From an uncultured Planctomycetia bacterium (lineage in GTDB: Bacteria; Omnitrophota; Gorgyraeia; Duberdicusellales; 4484-171): 64,000 nucleotides of DNA. The notes under the pieces were generated by a model. It had not been told where the DNA came from. It was given only the letters and a program-made list of their open reading frames with translations, and made no database searches. This document shows positions 10,227-19,838 of the stretch, one piece after another. A program made the translations under genes and the position numbers. The stretch is from positions 3,222 through 67,221 of the forward strand of contig CAZABB010000001.1 of NCBI GenBank assembly GCA_964483625.1, in the 5' to 3' direction. Numbering within the stretch: position 1 is the first letter of the stretch; each line of letters starts with the position of its first letter.

Positions 10227-11249
10227 CTATCCGCCGCTCATAGGGGCGGATTCCTGACCCCGGTAAACCGGCCGGGAAGGCAGTCTCTGTTTGAAAACAA
10301 TTTCGTAGAGAACACCCGTCTTAAATATCAATCTGGTAACAAGCACGACGAAAAATTCACCAAGAGCACGGAAAGGAAGCTGGAATTCTTCCCGGTGTTT
10401 TACCATGGACGCGGCGACGATCAGGAAGGGAGACAGGATAAAAAATACCGTCTTTCTGATCCCTGCGGGAACATTCACATCAAAATGCCTGTTGAAAAAA
10501 TACATCTGCGCATACCCTCTTCCATAAATAAAGTACTGTTTCGCCAGGGCGGCAAACGCAGCCCGGTGATAATGCTTCACGGTGATACCGGGAATGTAGA
10601 GCAGTTTTCTCCCCTCACGGCAAAGAGATAAATGCAGACTAAGATCATCACAATTTATTAAACGTTCATCAAATCTGAATTTTTTGAATATATCTTTCTT
10701 ATAGGAAATATTGCAGCCGCGAAGGTGTACCGCCTCAAAAGGCTTATCTTCCCGCCTGAAATACCGGCGCAGAAATGAGGAATCCGCCGGAGTATTTTCA
10801 ATAATATCATTGTCGTCCCATATGATCTGACTGACACGGTGGAAAAAATTATTTTTTAAAGCGGGGATCGCTTTCCCCCCTATCGCCATGACGCGGGGAT
10901 ACATATTGTGGAATTTCAAAATATTCTCGACCCACATCTTATCGCAAACGCAATCATCGTCGGTTAACGCGATCACATCTCCCGCACAATACCGCAGACC
11001 CGTATTCCTTGCCGTGGCGATATTCCTCCGTCTGCGTTCCGTGACGCATCGAAACGTCGGGAAACGGACCCGGTATCCGGCAACGACCTCCGGAGTGTTA
11101 TCCGTCGAACCATTATCCACAACAATAACCTCTTCGGGCATTCTGGTCTGAACAAGCAGACTGTCCAGACAGTTTTTCAAAAGCTCCGCTCTATTGAGCG
11201 TGACGACCAGCACCGAGATTTTCGGGGGAGAACATGTCGCATTTCTCAT
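10227..11249 (-). CDS. Glycosyltransferase family 2
   Basis: ISVLVVTLNR, VVDNGSTD, ARNTG, TDDD; hydrophobic C-terminus. Confidence 0.92.
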   Translation of the reverse strand: MRNATCSPPKISVLVVTLNRAELLKNCLDSLLVQTRMPEEVIVVDNGSTDNTPEVVAGYRVRFPTFRCVTERRRRNIATARNTGLRYCAGDVIALTDDDCVCDKMWVENILKFHNMYPRVMAIGGKAIPALKNNFFHRVSQIIWDDNDIIENTPADSSFLRRYFRREDKPFEAVHLRGCNISYKKDIFKKFRFDERLINCDDLSLHLSLCREGRKLLYIPGITVKHYHRAAFAALAKQYFIYGRGYAQMYFFNRHFDVNVPAGIRKTVFFILSPFLIVAASMVKHREEFQLPFRALGEFFVVLVTRLIFKTGVLYEIVFKQRLPSRPVYRGQESAPMSGG

Positions 11250-12783
11250 AAAGTTCTACGAAGAGACCATCGAATTCCCTGCTTTCTAATTTCCTGTATT
11301 TTTTTCCTAACCATTCCTTCACTGCCAGAGAGTTCGGTTCCAGAACACCCGTTCTGAACCAGGAAGAAGAAATCAACCATATCCTTTCGAAATTATACTT
11401 TTCGATATCCCGGCTTAAATCAATTACTCCCGGCGGGACTATCCCATCCTGCCTTTCCCGCTCCTCCCACGAACGTATCTCCTTACGCCAATATGTGTCC
11501 TGCTCGGAATAGAATGTGAAATAATACGAACCTACGGGATCACGACAGCCAAAATAGTACCATAAAGAGGGCACACTGCTCGGATGCGTGTGCGCGATGA
11601 TATCATTTTTTTCCAGTTTCCTCTTTAGATATCCCGCCACGGAAACAAAATCCTTCTTAGGACACACTCCCACCGAATGCCGATTGCCGTATCCCAAAGG
11701 CATAAAGCCCGTATAATAATTAGACAGAGATACCACCGTCAACAGAACGACTCCGGCGCCGAGAAGAAACCTCACCCCGTATGCGCCTATACCGGTCACT
11801 CCCGAAGCGACGATAATATAATAAAACGGGGAAACCGCCATATTTTGCCGGTCAAGGTATATGGGTATCCATTGGGAGAAAAAAAAAGAGGCAAAAACAG
11901 GTGCAAATAAAAATACAAGCAGAAACGACACGTTTTGAGCGCGGCGGCGGCAGTAGAAAATACCGCCGATAAACAACAGAGTACATAAAATCGATCCCGG
12001 AAGATAGGCGTGGTTCGGAGCGTTGTACCCCAACGTGAAATTTTCAAAAGTAGCTAAAAGAGAACGAGGAACAGGCGTAGACAGCCAAAACGCATCTTTT
12101 ACCCAGTTGAGGTGGCTGAAAGCCTCCTTAAACCAGGGACTGAAGACAGGGAGAATCACAAGATAACTTATCAACCATTTCCTGACCGGTACTTTTTCTC
12201 TTCGAAAAAAAAGGAAAGGTATACCGGCCAAAATCACCCAGAAGGTAAAATAAGACACATAAAGGCCGAGAATAGCCGAGAGCGCAAAAGAAATCCAAAG
12301 CCACGATTTATCTTCTTTTACGGCGCGTACAAAAAAATACACTATTGCCATTATGAAACAAGGCAACAAAGTGTATTCTCTCACCTCCTGCGCATACCAG
12401 ATATGAAGGGGAGAAATAGCCAGGAGAAACGCGCTGATCAATCCCGTCTTTCTGTCGACAAACAGACTCGCCAATGTATATATCCAGAATATGGAGATCA
12501 CGCCGAACAGCACCGAAAGGGAACGCAGAGCAGCTTCACCTCTGCCAAATACTCTGATCCAGAGGCTCAGTAACGCATAATATAAAGGAGGCTGGGGACT
12601 TGATGAAGAATAATTTTCCACGATACGTACACTCACGGCTTCATCATACCAGAGATCATTGGCATCCAATCTATACATCCTCAGAGCCGTTCCGAGGAGG
12701 ATAATGAGAAAGAGGACAATAATGACCTTTTGATTTCGCATATGCAGGAGAAGTGTCATAAGGATATGCCGGTTTTCATGCAA
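11191..12783 (-). CDS. GT-C fold polyprenyl-phosphate-sugar-dependent glycosyltransferase (ArnT/PMT-like, GT39/GT83)
   Basis: LWYDEA, PPLYY, LRSLSVLFG, LLAISPLHIWYAQEVREY; multiple TM helices plus periplasmic C-domain. Confidence 0.88.
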   Translation of the reverse strand: MHENRHILMTLLLHMRNQKVIIVLFLIILLGTALRMYRLDANDLWYDEAVSVRIVENYSSSSPQPPLYYALLSLWIRVFGRGEAALRSLSVLFGVISIFWIYTLASLFVDRKTGLISAFLLAISPLHIWYAQEVREYTLLPCFIMAIVYFFVRAVKEDKSWLWISFALSAILGLYVSYFTFWVILAGIPFLFFRREKVPVRKWLISYLVILPVFSPWFKEAFSHLNWVKDAFWLSTPVPRSLLATFENFTLGYNAPNHAYLPGSILCTLLFIGGIFYCRRRAQNVSFLLVFLFAPVFASFFFSQWIPIYLDRQNMAVSPFYYIIVASGVTGIGAYGVRFLLGAGVVLLTVVSLSNYYTGFMPLGYGNRHSVGVCPKKDFVSVAGYLKRKLEKNDIIAHTHPSSVPSLWYYFGCRDPVGSYYFTFYSEQDTYWRKEIRSWEERERQDGIVPPGVIDLSRDIEKYNFERIWLISSSWFRTGVLEPNSLAVKEWLGKKYRKLESREFDGLFVELYEKCDMFSPENLGAGRHAQ

Positions 12784-12834
12784 AACGTCTTCTCTGTAAA
12801 AATAAATGATCCATGGAAATACCTGCCGTTAAGA

Positions 12835-13764
12835 TTAAACCGGGGGTTTATCTTGCTCGACCTCCCATATATAGGGGTTTTTCTCCCGTATGTAGAAGTC
12901 GCATAAGCCCATTATTCTTGCATACGCCTCAAGAATCACGGCACCCGCCATCCAGAAAAAATAATTGAAGCCGCCTTCCAAATTGCGCACAACCAGGCTG
13001 AAAATGCGCAGATTGCTCAGGCTGGAAACGGCATACCCCGCTGTTTTTTTCAAATGAAGATGCCCGGTATAAACTCTCCTCCTCTGAGCAAGATAGGCCT
13101 TTACGGTACGAGGCCCCCTGTTGTAAACAACCGCTTCAGGAACGTAACATAAACGATACCCTTTCCGTACAACCAATGCCTCGATCGCCGCCTCATCGAC
13201 CGCCGTGTCGCCCGGTATTCTCGTTACCACCGCCTTTCTAAAAGCAACCAGCTCTCCCAATTTGGGATATTTTAACGCTAATTTATGATGCAGCAACCAC
13301 AGCCGATGCACGGCAAATCCCAGGAAATTCTCGGGAGTATCCCGGGGAACGGAACGGCCGCCGACCATTCCTGTATCGGGGATCGTAAAGGGCTTGAGAA
13401 GATTCTTAATCGTGTCTTTACACGGCACGGTGTCGCCGCTCTCTAGAATACAGATATCCGCAGAGGTCTGTTGGAGAAAATAATTTACCGCCGAGGCTTT
13501 TCCCAACCGTTCTTTTTGAACGAAAAGCCGTATTCGTCTATCGCGTTCTTTAAATCTCTTTACAACGTCTTCGGTATTGTCGGTACATCCGCTGGCTATA
13601 ACCACTATTTCATGAATAGTAAAACATCCCGGTTCCTGAGCGATTAATCCCTCTAATAACCGACTAATGTTGGCCTGCTCATTATAAACGGGTATCCCGA
13701 TACTGCAGGTAAGAATCCTTGTTTCCGTATGCGTAGCATCCATGGGCGAAACGAAACAAATCAT
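12835..13764 (-). CDS. Glycosyltransferase family 2
   Basis: SIGIPVYNE, ASGCTD, GKASAVN, SGD in place of DxD, VDE, QRRR motif; start uncertain (13764 or 13743). Confidence 0.88.
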   Translation of the reverse strand: MICFVSPMDATHTETRILTCSIGIPVYNEQANISRLLEGLIAQEPGCFTIHEIVVIASGCTDNTEDVVKRFKERDRRIRLFVQKERLGKASAVNYFLQQTSADICILESGDTVPCKDTIKNLLKPFTIPDTGMVGGRSVPRDTPENFLGFAVHRLWLLHHKLALKYPKLGELVAFRKAVVTRIPGDTAVDEAAIEALVVRKGYRLCYVPEAVVYNRGPRTVKAYLAQRRRVYTGHLHLKKTAGYAVSSLSNLRIFSLVVRNLEGGFNYFFWMAGAVILEAYARIMGLCDFYIREKNPYIWEVEQDKPPV

Positions 13765-13959
13765 TGTTAAAAGAAATTCTCCCTCCCTATGAAATATACG
13801 TATTATCTCATAAAAATTACTCAATATGAAGCGTTTCATCGGAATACCAAACACCGAAACAAAAGGCCGGTCTCCCTCCGCATGAGGCTTTCCACAAATA
13901 TTCTTTTTAAAATAATTCTTTTCCTTTTTGAATCTTTTCCGACAGGGATATGTTTTATC

Positions 13960-13988
13960 TTTACTTGTCTCTCACATTTTGGCATAAT
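13960..13988 (+). promoter_or_regulatory. Candidate sigma70 promoter for the plus-strand operon
   Basis: TTTACT-17 bp-CATAAT with TG at extended -10, in AT-rich divergent intergenic region 13765-14061. Confidence 0.4.
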
Positions 13989-14061
13989 TACTTTTACGCA
14001 TAGGAAAAGTTTTTCCCTTATCCGACAGACACCTGCCTCACTCCTGAGGCTTACGGAAAGA

Positions 14062-15429
14062 ATGAATATAAAAGTAGCGTTGATTAATCCGACAATCAAA
14101 GAACTTCAAGCAAGCGAAGTACCCTTGCACTTGGGGTATATCGCGGGACACCTGGAACAAAACGGTATCGAAGTAATAATCATAGACCAGGCGGCCGGGG
14201 ATGATGTGGAGAGAGAAATCGATTCTTATCGTCCCGACATAATCGGCATCAGCAGTATGTCGGCCATGATAGGCGAAGCCTATAGAATAGCGGACATGTG
14301 CCGTAACAGAGGAATCCTCACCGTCATGGGAGGAGAACATGCCAGCGCGTTGCCGGAAGAAGCACAGGAACACGCCGATGTAGTTGTGGCAGGGGAAGGA
14401 GAGATAGCTATGCTGGATATCGTCAGAAAAAAAATCACATCCGGCATCATATCCGGTCCCCAGCTGGAAGATATAGACGATCTGCCGTTATATCCCTGGC
14501 ATCTTATCAACCAGACATACTATCTCAATTTATCAAACGAAACGAAACTGGCCACCCTTGCTTTTCTCGGCTCCCGTCTCTCTTCGGCCAAAACGAGTTC
14601 ATTTCTTACCAGCCGGGGATGTCCCTTTCACTGTACCTTCTGCCATAACAGTCTGAGACAGGTTCATTTCAGATTCCATAGCGCCGAGAGGATAGTAGAA
14701 GAGATGAAACGCCTCAGGGTAGATTACGGCGTTGAAGCCATAGCGTTTTTAGACGAGAATTTTCTGTTGAATAAGACAAGGCTTGAGAAAATTTGCCGTA
14801 CCATACGAAAAGAAAAGCTCAGTGTCCTATGGAGCTGTGCCAGTTCGGCTCATTTCGTCGACGCACAATCTGTCCGGATGATCCGGGATGCCGGATGCCG
14901 GCAGGTATCCTTCGGCGTAGAAAGCGGCTCGCAAAGAATTTTGGACATTCTGAATAAGTCCGTTACGGTAGAACAAAATAAAAAGGCAATCAAAATCTGC
15001 CGGGAAGCCGGATTGATCGTGCACGGTTCATTCATGCTGGGAAATCCCACGGAGACCGTCGAAGATGTAAAATTAACCCAAAAGTTCATTCTCGAGACCG
15101 ACATCGAAAGCTACCGTATCAATATCACCACGCCCTATCCCGGCACGAAACTCTGGGAACTCTACCACGAACAAATTCCCCGGCCTATTGACTGGCATCG
15201 TTTCGAAGCAAGCACCAATATCGAGACATACCCCTATACCCCATTCAGCAGGGAAGAACTCAAACGCCTGTTCTTTGAAACTTCGCTGATAAAGCCGGCG
15301 ATATATAAACGGGACTGGAAAATGGCGCTGCGTTATCCAAAAGAAACGATTTCCTGGGGTATCCGGCATCCGTTGACAGCAACGAGAATTATCGCAGGGA
15401 AATATAATATGAGAAGCATGCAAGACTGA
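14062..15429 (+). CDS. Cobalamin-dependent radical SAM enzyme
   Basis: MNIKVALINP..PLHLGYIA, GGEHAS.LP, GEGE, TSRGCPFHCTFC, GVESG, PYPGT; track start 13789 is a read-through extension. Confidence 0.93.
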   Translation: MNIKVALINPTIKELQASEVPLHLGYIAGHLEQNGIEVIIIDQAAGDDVEREIDSYRPDIIGISSMSAMIGEAYRIADMCRNRGILTVMGGEHASALPEEAQEHADVVVAGEGEIAMLDIVRKKITSGIISGPQLEDIDDLPLYPWHLINQTYYLNLSNETKLATLAFLGSRLSSAKTSSFLTSRGCPFHCTFCHNSLRQVHFRFHSAERIVEEMKRLRVDYGVEAIAFLDENFLLNKTRLEKICRTIRKEKLSVLWSCASSAHFVDAQSVRMIRDAGCRQVSFGVESGSQRILDILNKSVTVEQNKKAIKICREAGLIVHGSFMLGNPTETVEDVKLTQKFILETDIESYRINITTPYPGTKLWELYHEQIPRPIDWHRFEASTNIETYPYTPFSREELKRLFFETSLIKPAIYKRDWKMALRYPKETISWGIRHPLTATRIIAGKYNMRSMQD

Positions 15430-15481
15430 AACTGTATTTCAAATAGTCGTTATATATAGAAGGAAAAATTTACCGTACATC

Positions 15482-17230
15482 ATGACTGTAAAAGTAGCAT
15501 TGATATCCATCATCACCGGGAAATATTTTTTCGAAAGCGTAGGAAAACTCAGAAGCCTTGCCCCCCGGCAGCTGAAACTCTACGCGCTCGGCGACGAATA
15601 CATCCGGCGCAACGTCACCATAGAAATAAAAGACTTTATCTCCGAAGACCTCTTTTACAGCGATAAAATATATTATCACGCCTTATGGAACATCACCCGT
15701 CAGATATATGAAATGAAGCCCGATATCGTGGGTTTTTCCTGTTATTTATGGAATATCCGCCACATCCTTTCCCTGACCCGGAATCTGAAAAATATACTGC
15801 CCGGTGTCACGACCATACTGGGCGGCCCGGAAGTCTCTTCACAACCATTTTCCCGGGAGATTATGGAAAAAAACGACGGCATAGATATTATCGTCCGGGG
15901 AGAAGGAGAACAAACGTTCCGCGAACTTGTCTTATCCTGTCTCAACCACACTCCGAAAGATACGATCCCCGGCCTTACCCTGCGCAAAGAAAACGAAATT
16001 CTCGTAACTCCCGACCGAACCGACCGCGTCGACATCAACCATATCCCTTCGGTTTATGAAACAGAAATAACTCAAAGCTATTGTCCGGGAGAGATCGCCC
16101 AGCTGGAAACCGTACGGGGATGCCCCTACCGCTGCCATTTCTGCCTCTGGCCGGGAAAATCAAGCAGTATGCTTACCCGATCCCGGATAGAACACGAATT
16201 GCGCCTGATCAAAAAAGCCGGCTTTCAGGAAGTATATATTTTTGATTCGATTCTGGGATACGCAAGGCAGAGGACGAAAGAAATCCTTCAGCTCCTTTTG
16301 GATATGCAACTTGGGATGCGTTACACATTCTATCTTGACTTGAATTATATCGACGAAGATAGCATCCTGCTCTTAAAAAAAGGGAAGGATACTTTGCATC
16401 TCGCTCCCCTCGGCGTCCAGACTCTGCATGAAGAAGCTCTCAAAATAAATAATATATTTTTCAACAGACACACATTTGAAAAAACACTAAGCATGCTCAA
16501 CGCAAACAAGATCCCCTACAGTGCCAATCTCATTATGGGACTTCCCGGAGATACCCACGCAACGTTCAAACAGTCTTTCAATACACTGTACGGCCTGACC
16601 TGCGATATACACATCCGGCCCCTCTTGGTCAATCCGGGCACACATCTTTTCGAACACGCATCACAATATAAAATCAAACATGTAGGAATGGACGAATGCC
16701 ACAGAGAACTTTCCAATAAATCATACAGCTATGAAGATATGAATAGAACGGTACGCTTTATGATCGGATACCTCGTATTGAAGTACGGCTATGAAACGGC
16801 ACGGCCGTTAAGGGAATGGGTTCTTCTCCTGGACCGTTCTCTACGTTTTGCTTCGCGTCATTTTGAAATCAGCCCGGCAGATCTTATCGATTCTTTCGGT
16901 GAATATCTGGAAAAAGAAATGCCGGTATACTTTTCTCCTACTACCGACAGAATGAATATGTATTCTGTTTCACGTCTTCACCTCCCGCTTTTTATCCGGT
17001 TTTTTCGCACCCTGCCGCGGCGGGGCGGCCGGATACTGCATCGTATTATTCTGTATATTTTTCTCGCGACAGAATATATCACGTGGCGATACAACATCCA
17101 TCTGAGGAACATAATTTACTTCTATCCAAAACTGCAGTGGTATTCGCTCAAAATGAAGGTTGCCGGCAGGTTGGCATCGTATAGGCGTATTTTCCTAGGG
17201 AACAACGACGTGTCGATGAGGGAAAAATGA
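15482..17230 (+). CDS. Cobalamin-dependent radical SAM enzyme, paralog A
   Basis: GFSCYLWN, LGGPEVS, GEGE, ETVRGCPYRCHFC, GVQT, GLPGD, NPGT. Confidence 0.92.
   Translation: MTVKVALISIITGKYFFESVGKLRSLAPRQLKLYALGDEYIRRNVTIEIKDFISEDLFYSDKIYYHALWNITRQIYEMKPDIVGFSCYLWNIRHILSLTRNLKNILPGVTTILGGPEVSSQPFSREIMEKNDGIDIIVRGEGEQTFRELVLSCLNHTPKDTIPGLTLRKENEILVTPDRTDRVDINHIPSVYETEITQSYCPGEIAQLETVRGCPYRCHFCLWPGKSSSMLTRSRIEHELRLIKKAGFQEVYIFDSILGYARQRTKEILQLLLDMQLGMRYTFYLDLNYIDEDSILLLKKGKDTLHLAPLGVQTLHEEALKINNIFFNRHTFEKTLSMLNANKIPYSANLIMGLPGDTHATFKQSFNTLYGLTCDIHIRPLLVNPGTHLFEHASQYKIKHVGMDECHRELSNKSYSYEDMNRTVRFMIGYLVLKYGYETARPLREWVLLLDRSLRFASRHFEISPADLIDSFGEYLEKEMPVYFSPTTDRMNMYSVSRLHLPLFIRFFRTLPRRGGRILHRIILYIFLATEYITWRYNIHLRNIIYFYPKLQWYSLKMKVAGRLASYRRIFLGNNDVSMREK
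15548..16233 (+). repeat. 686-bp direct repeat, copy 1
   Basis: Reads identical to 17287-17972 (offset 1739), from CTCAGAAGCC to CAGGAAGT; alternative-frame ORFs in both copies are identical. Confidence 0.93.
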
Positions 17231-18966
17231 ATATATCATTGATATCCATTATTTTCGGAAAAACTTTTTTTGACAGTACGAACTTTCTCAGAAGCCTTGC
17301 CCCCCGGCAGCTGAAACTCTACGCGCTCGGCGACGAATACATCCGGCGCAACGTCACCATAGAAATAAAAGACTTTATCTCCGAAGACCTCTTTTACAGC
17401 GATAAAATATATTATCACGCCTTATGGAACATCACCCGTCAGATATATGAAATGAAGCCCGATATCGTGGGTTTTTCCTGTTATTTATGGAATATCCGCC
17501 ACATCCTTTCCCTGACCCGGAATCTGAAAAATATACTGCCCGGTGTCACGACCATACTGGGCGGCCCGGAAGTCTCTTCACAACCATTTTCCCGGGAGAT
17601 TATGGAAAAAAACGACGGCATAGATATTATCGTCCGGGGAGAAGGAGAACAAACGTTCCGCGAACTTGTCTTATCCTGTCTCAACCACACTCCGAAAGAT
17701 ACGATCCCCGGCCTTACCCTGCGCAAAGAAAACGAAATTCTCGTAACTCCCGACCGAACCGACCGCGTCGACATCAACCATATCCCTTCGGTTTATGAAA
17801 CAGAAATAACTCAAAGCTATTGTCCGGGAGAGATCGCCCAGCTGGAAACCGTACGGGGATGCCCCTACCGCTGCCATTTCTGCCTCTGGCCGGGAAAATC
17901 AAGCAGTATGCTTACCCGATCCCGGATAGAACACGAATTGCGCCTGATCAAAAAAGCCGGCTTTCAGGAAGTGTGTATCTACGATTCGATTCTGGGATAC
18001 ACAAGACAACGGGCGAAGGAGATCATTCAATTGATTTTGGATCTCAAACTGGGGCTTAAGTTTAATTTCTTTCTCGATCTTAACAACATCGACGAATCCA
18101 TTGTAAAACTTGCAAAAAAGCACGAAAACATCCTACGCCCTCTTCCCCTAGGGGTGCAGACGTTACACGACGAATCATTGAAGAATACTAATATTTTCTT
18201 CAACACTGAGCGGTTTGCAAAAGGGATAGAGACTATCGATAAACACCATATGACATATGACGGGATAGACCTGCTTATCGGCCTACCAGGCGACCGCCAG
18301 GCCACCTTTAAACACTCCTTGAATCAACTGTATGCTCTTTCTCCCCGGATACATATCCGGCATCTCTTCGTCAATCCGGGGACTCATTTCTTCGAAAACC
18401 TCGAGAAATACGGGATGGCCCGTTCAGATATCGATCAATGTCACAGGATGCTGTATAATTATTCCTACAGTTACGAAAACGTCCATAAAAGCATACGCCT
18501 TCTCGTGGGATACCTCGTGTTAAAATATGGATACGAACCCGTACTTCCGTTGCGCAAATGGCTGCCGCTTTTGCGCCGCTCATTGTCATTTACCCTGCGG
18601 CATTTTTCGGTAAGCCCCGCCGATCTCTTTGATTTGTTCGGTGAATATCTGGAGAAGGAAATCCCGGCGTATTTTTCTCCCACCACCGACAGGATGAATA
18701 TGTATTCGGCCCCGCGGCTTCATCTTCCGCTTTTTCTCCGGTTCTTTCGCACCCTGCCGCTGCGGCGTAATAGAGGAGTATACCGCGAAATCTTATATCT
18801 TATTACTGCGGCAGAGTACGCCAGATGGAGGTGGAACATCCACCTGAGGAATATGATCTATTTATATCCTCGGCTACAACGCTATTCGTTATTTACAATC
18901 TTTTCCGGAACATGTGCACGATTTTTGAAATTATTCATAAGAAATAGCCGGGCAGATATCCGTTGA
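17227..18966 (+). CDS. Cobalamin-dependent radical SAM enzyme, paralog B
   Basis: Same motifs as 15482-17230; ATGA overlap with paralog A. Confidence 0.92.
   Translation: MNISLISIIFGKTFFDSTNFLRSLAPRQLKLYALGDEYIRRNVTIEIKDFISEDLFYSDKIYYHALWNITRQIYEMKPDIVGFSCYLWNIRHILSLTRNLKNILPGVTTILGGPEVSSQPFSREIMEKNDGIDIIVRGEGEQTFRELVLSCLNHTPKDTIPGLTLRKENEILVTPDRTDRVDINHIPSVYETEITQSYCPGEIAQLETVRGCPYRCHFCLWPGKSSSMLTRSRIEHELRLIKKAGFQEVCIYDSILGYTRQRAKEIIQLILDLKLGLKFNFFLDLNNIDESIVKLAKKHENILRPLPLGVQTLHDESLKNTNIFFNTERFAKGIETIDKHHMTYDGIDLLIGLPGDRQATFKHSLNQLYALSPRIHIRHLFVNPGTHFFENLEKYGMARSDIDQCHRMLYNYSYSYENVHKSIRLLVGYLVLKYGYEPVLPLRKWLPLLRRSLSFTLRHFSVSPADLFDLFGEYLEKEIPAYFSPTTDRMNMYSAPRLHLPLFLRFFRTLPLRRNRGVYREILYLITAAEYARWRWNIHLRNMIYLYPRLQRYSLFTIFSGTCARFLKLFIRNSRADIR
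17287..17972 (+). repeat. 686-bp direct repeat, copy 2
   Basis: Reads identical to 15548-16233. Confidence 0.93.
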
Positions 18967-19022
18967 CCAGAGGACATTCAATCCATGGCGGCGGGATTTT
19001 TCATTCTACCGGAATATCAGAC

Positions 19023-19838
19023 ATGGATTACGCTGTAGAAATAAGTCATTTGACCAAGACCTTTAGACCAAATAAAACATTTTATCGTTTTCTCACTCAT
19101 CCATTTCGTGTCGAAAAACCCATAACCGCTCTTCACGATATCTCACTCCGGATCAAGAAAGGTGAACTACTGACCCTTGTCGGCCCAAATGGCGCGGGAA
19201 AAAGTACGTTGTTAAAAATCCTTTCCTGCCTTATCCTGCCGACCTCGGGAAAAGCCAAAATAGCAGGACACGATGTGGTAAAAAATCCCGGAGAAGTAAA
19301 AATGGCCATAGGTCTGATTTCCGGCGATGAACGAAGTTTCTACTGGCGCCTTACCCTGCGCCAGAATCTTTCTTTCTTTGCCGCCTTATACAACGTCTTC
19401 GGTAATCAAGCAGAAGAAAGGATGAAATATCTTGCGTCTTTTCTCCAATTGACTCCTCACTTGGACCGGCGTTTTCAGGAAACATCCACCGGAATCAGAC
19501 AACGGATGATGATCGCGCGTAGTTTACTCAACAATCCTTCCGTTCTGTTTATGGACGAACCGAATAAAAGTCTGGATATCGCCATAAACAGAGAGCTTTT
19601 CCGGACAATAGAAGAAGAACTGATCAACAAACAGGGGAAAACAATCATCCTGGCCACACATACCCTTTCTGAGATACACACACCTGTGACGAAGATAGCG
19701 ATAATGAAAGAAGGAGAAATAAAAGCATGCGGGACCATCGAAGAGTTAACCCGGTCGTTTAACGTGTCTTCGAAAAATACCGAACATATATATAAAACGG
19801 TGATACAAGATGAATCGTACGGAGACATTCCTACGTAA
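19023..19838 (+). CDS. ABC transporter ATP-binding protein
   Basis: Walker A GPNGAGKST, signature STGIRQR, Walker B LFMDEP, H-loop ATH. Confidence 0.93.
   Translation: MDYAVEISHLTKTFRPNKTFYRFLTHPFRVEKPITALHDISLRIKKGELLTLVGPNGAGKSTLLKILSCLILPTSGKAKIAGHDVVKNPGEVKMAIGLISGDERSFYWRLTLRQNLSFFAALYNVFGNQAEERMKYLASFLQLTPHLDRRFQETSTGIRQRMMIARSLLNNPSVLFMDEPNKSLDIAINRELFRTIEEELINKQGKTIILATHTLSEIHTPVTKIAIMKEGEIKACGTIEELTRSFNVSSKNTEHIYKTVIQDESYGDIPT

Noticed and set aside
13789-14061. 91-aa N-terminal extension of the B12-rSAM given in the ORF track
   Set aside because: Overlaps the divergent gene and AT-rich promoter region; domain begins at MNIKVALINP (14062)
15548-17972. DGR template/variable repeat or IS-mediated duplication
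   Set aside because: Copies read identical with no adenine-specific mismatches; no reverse transcriptase, transposase or terminal inverted repeats
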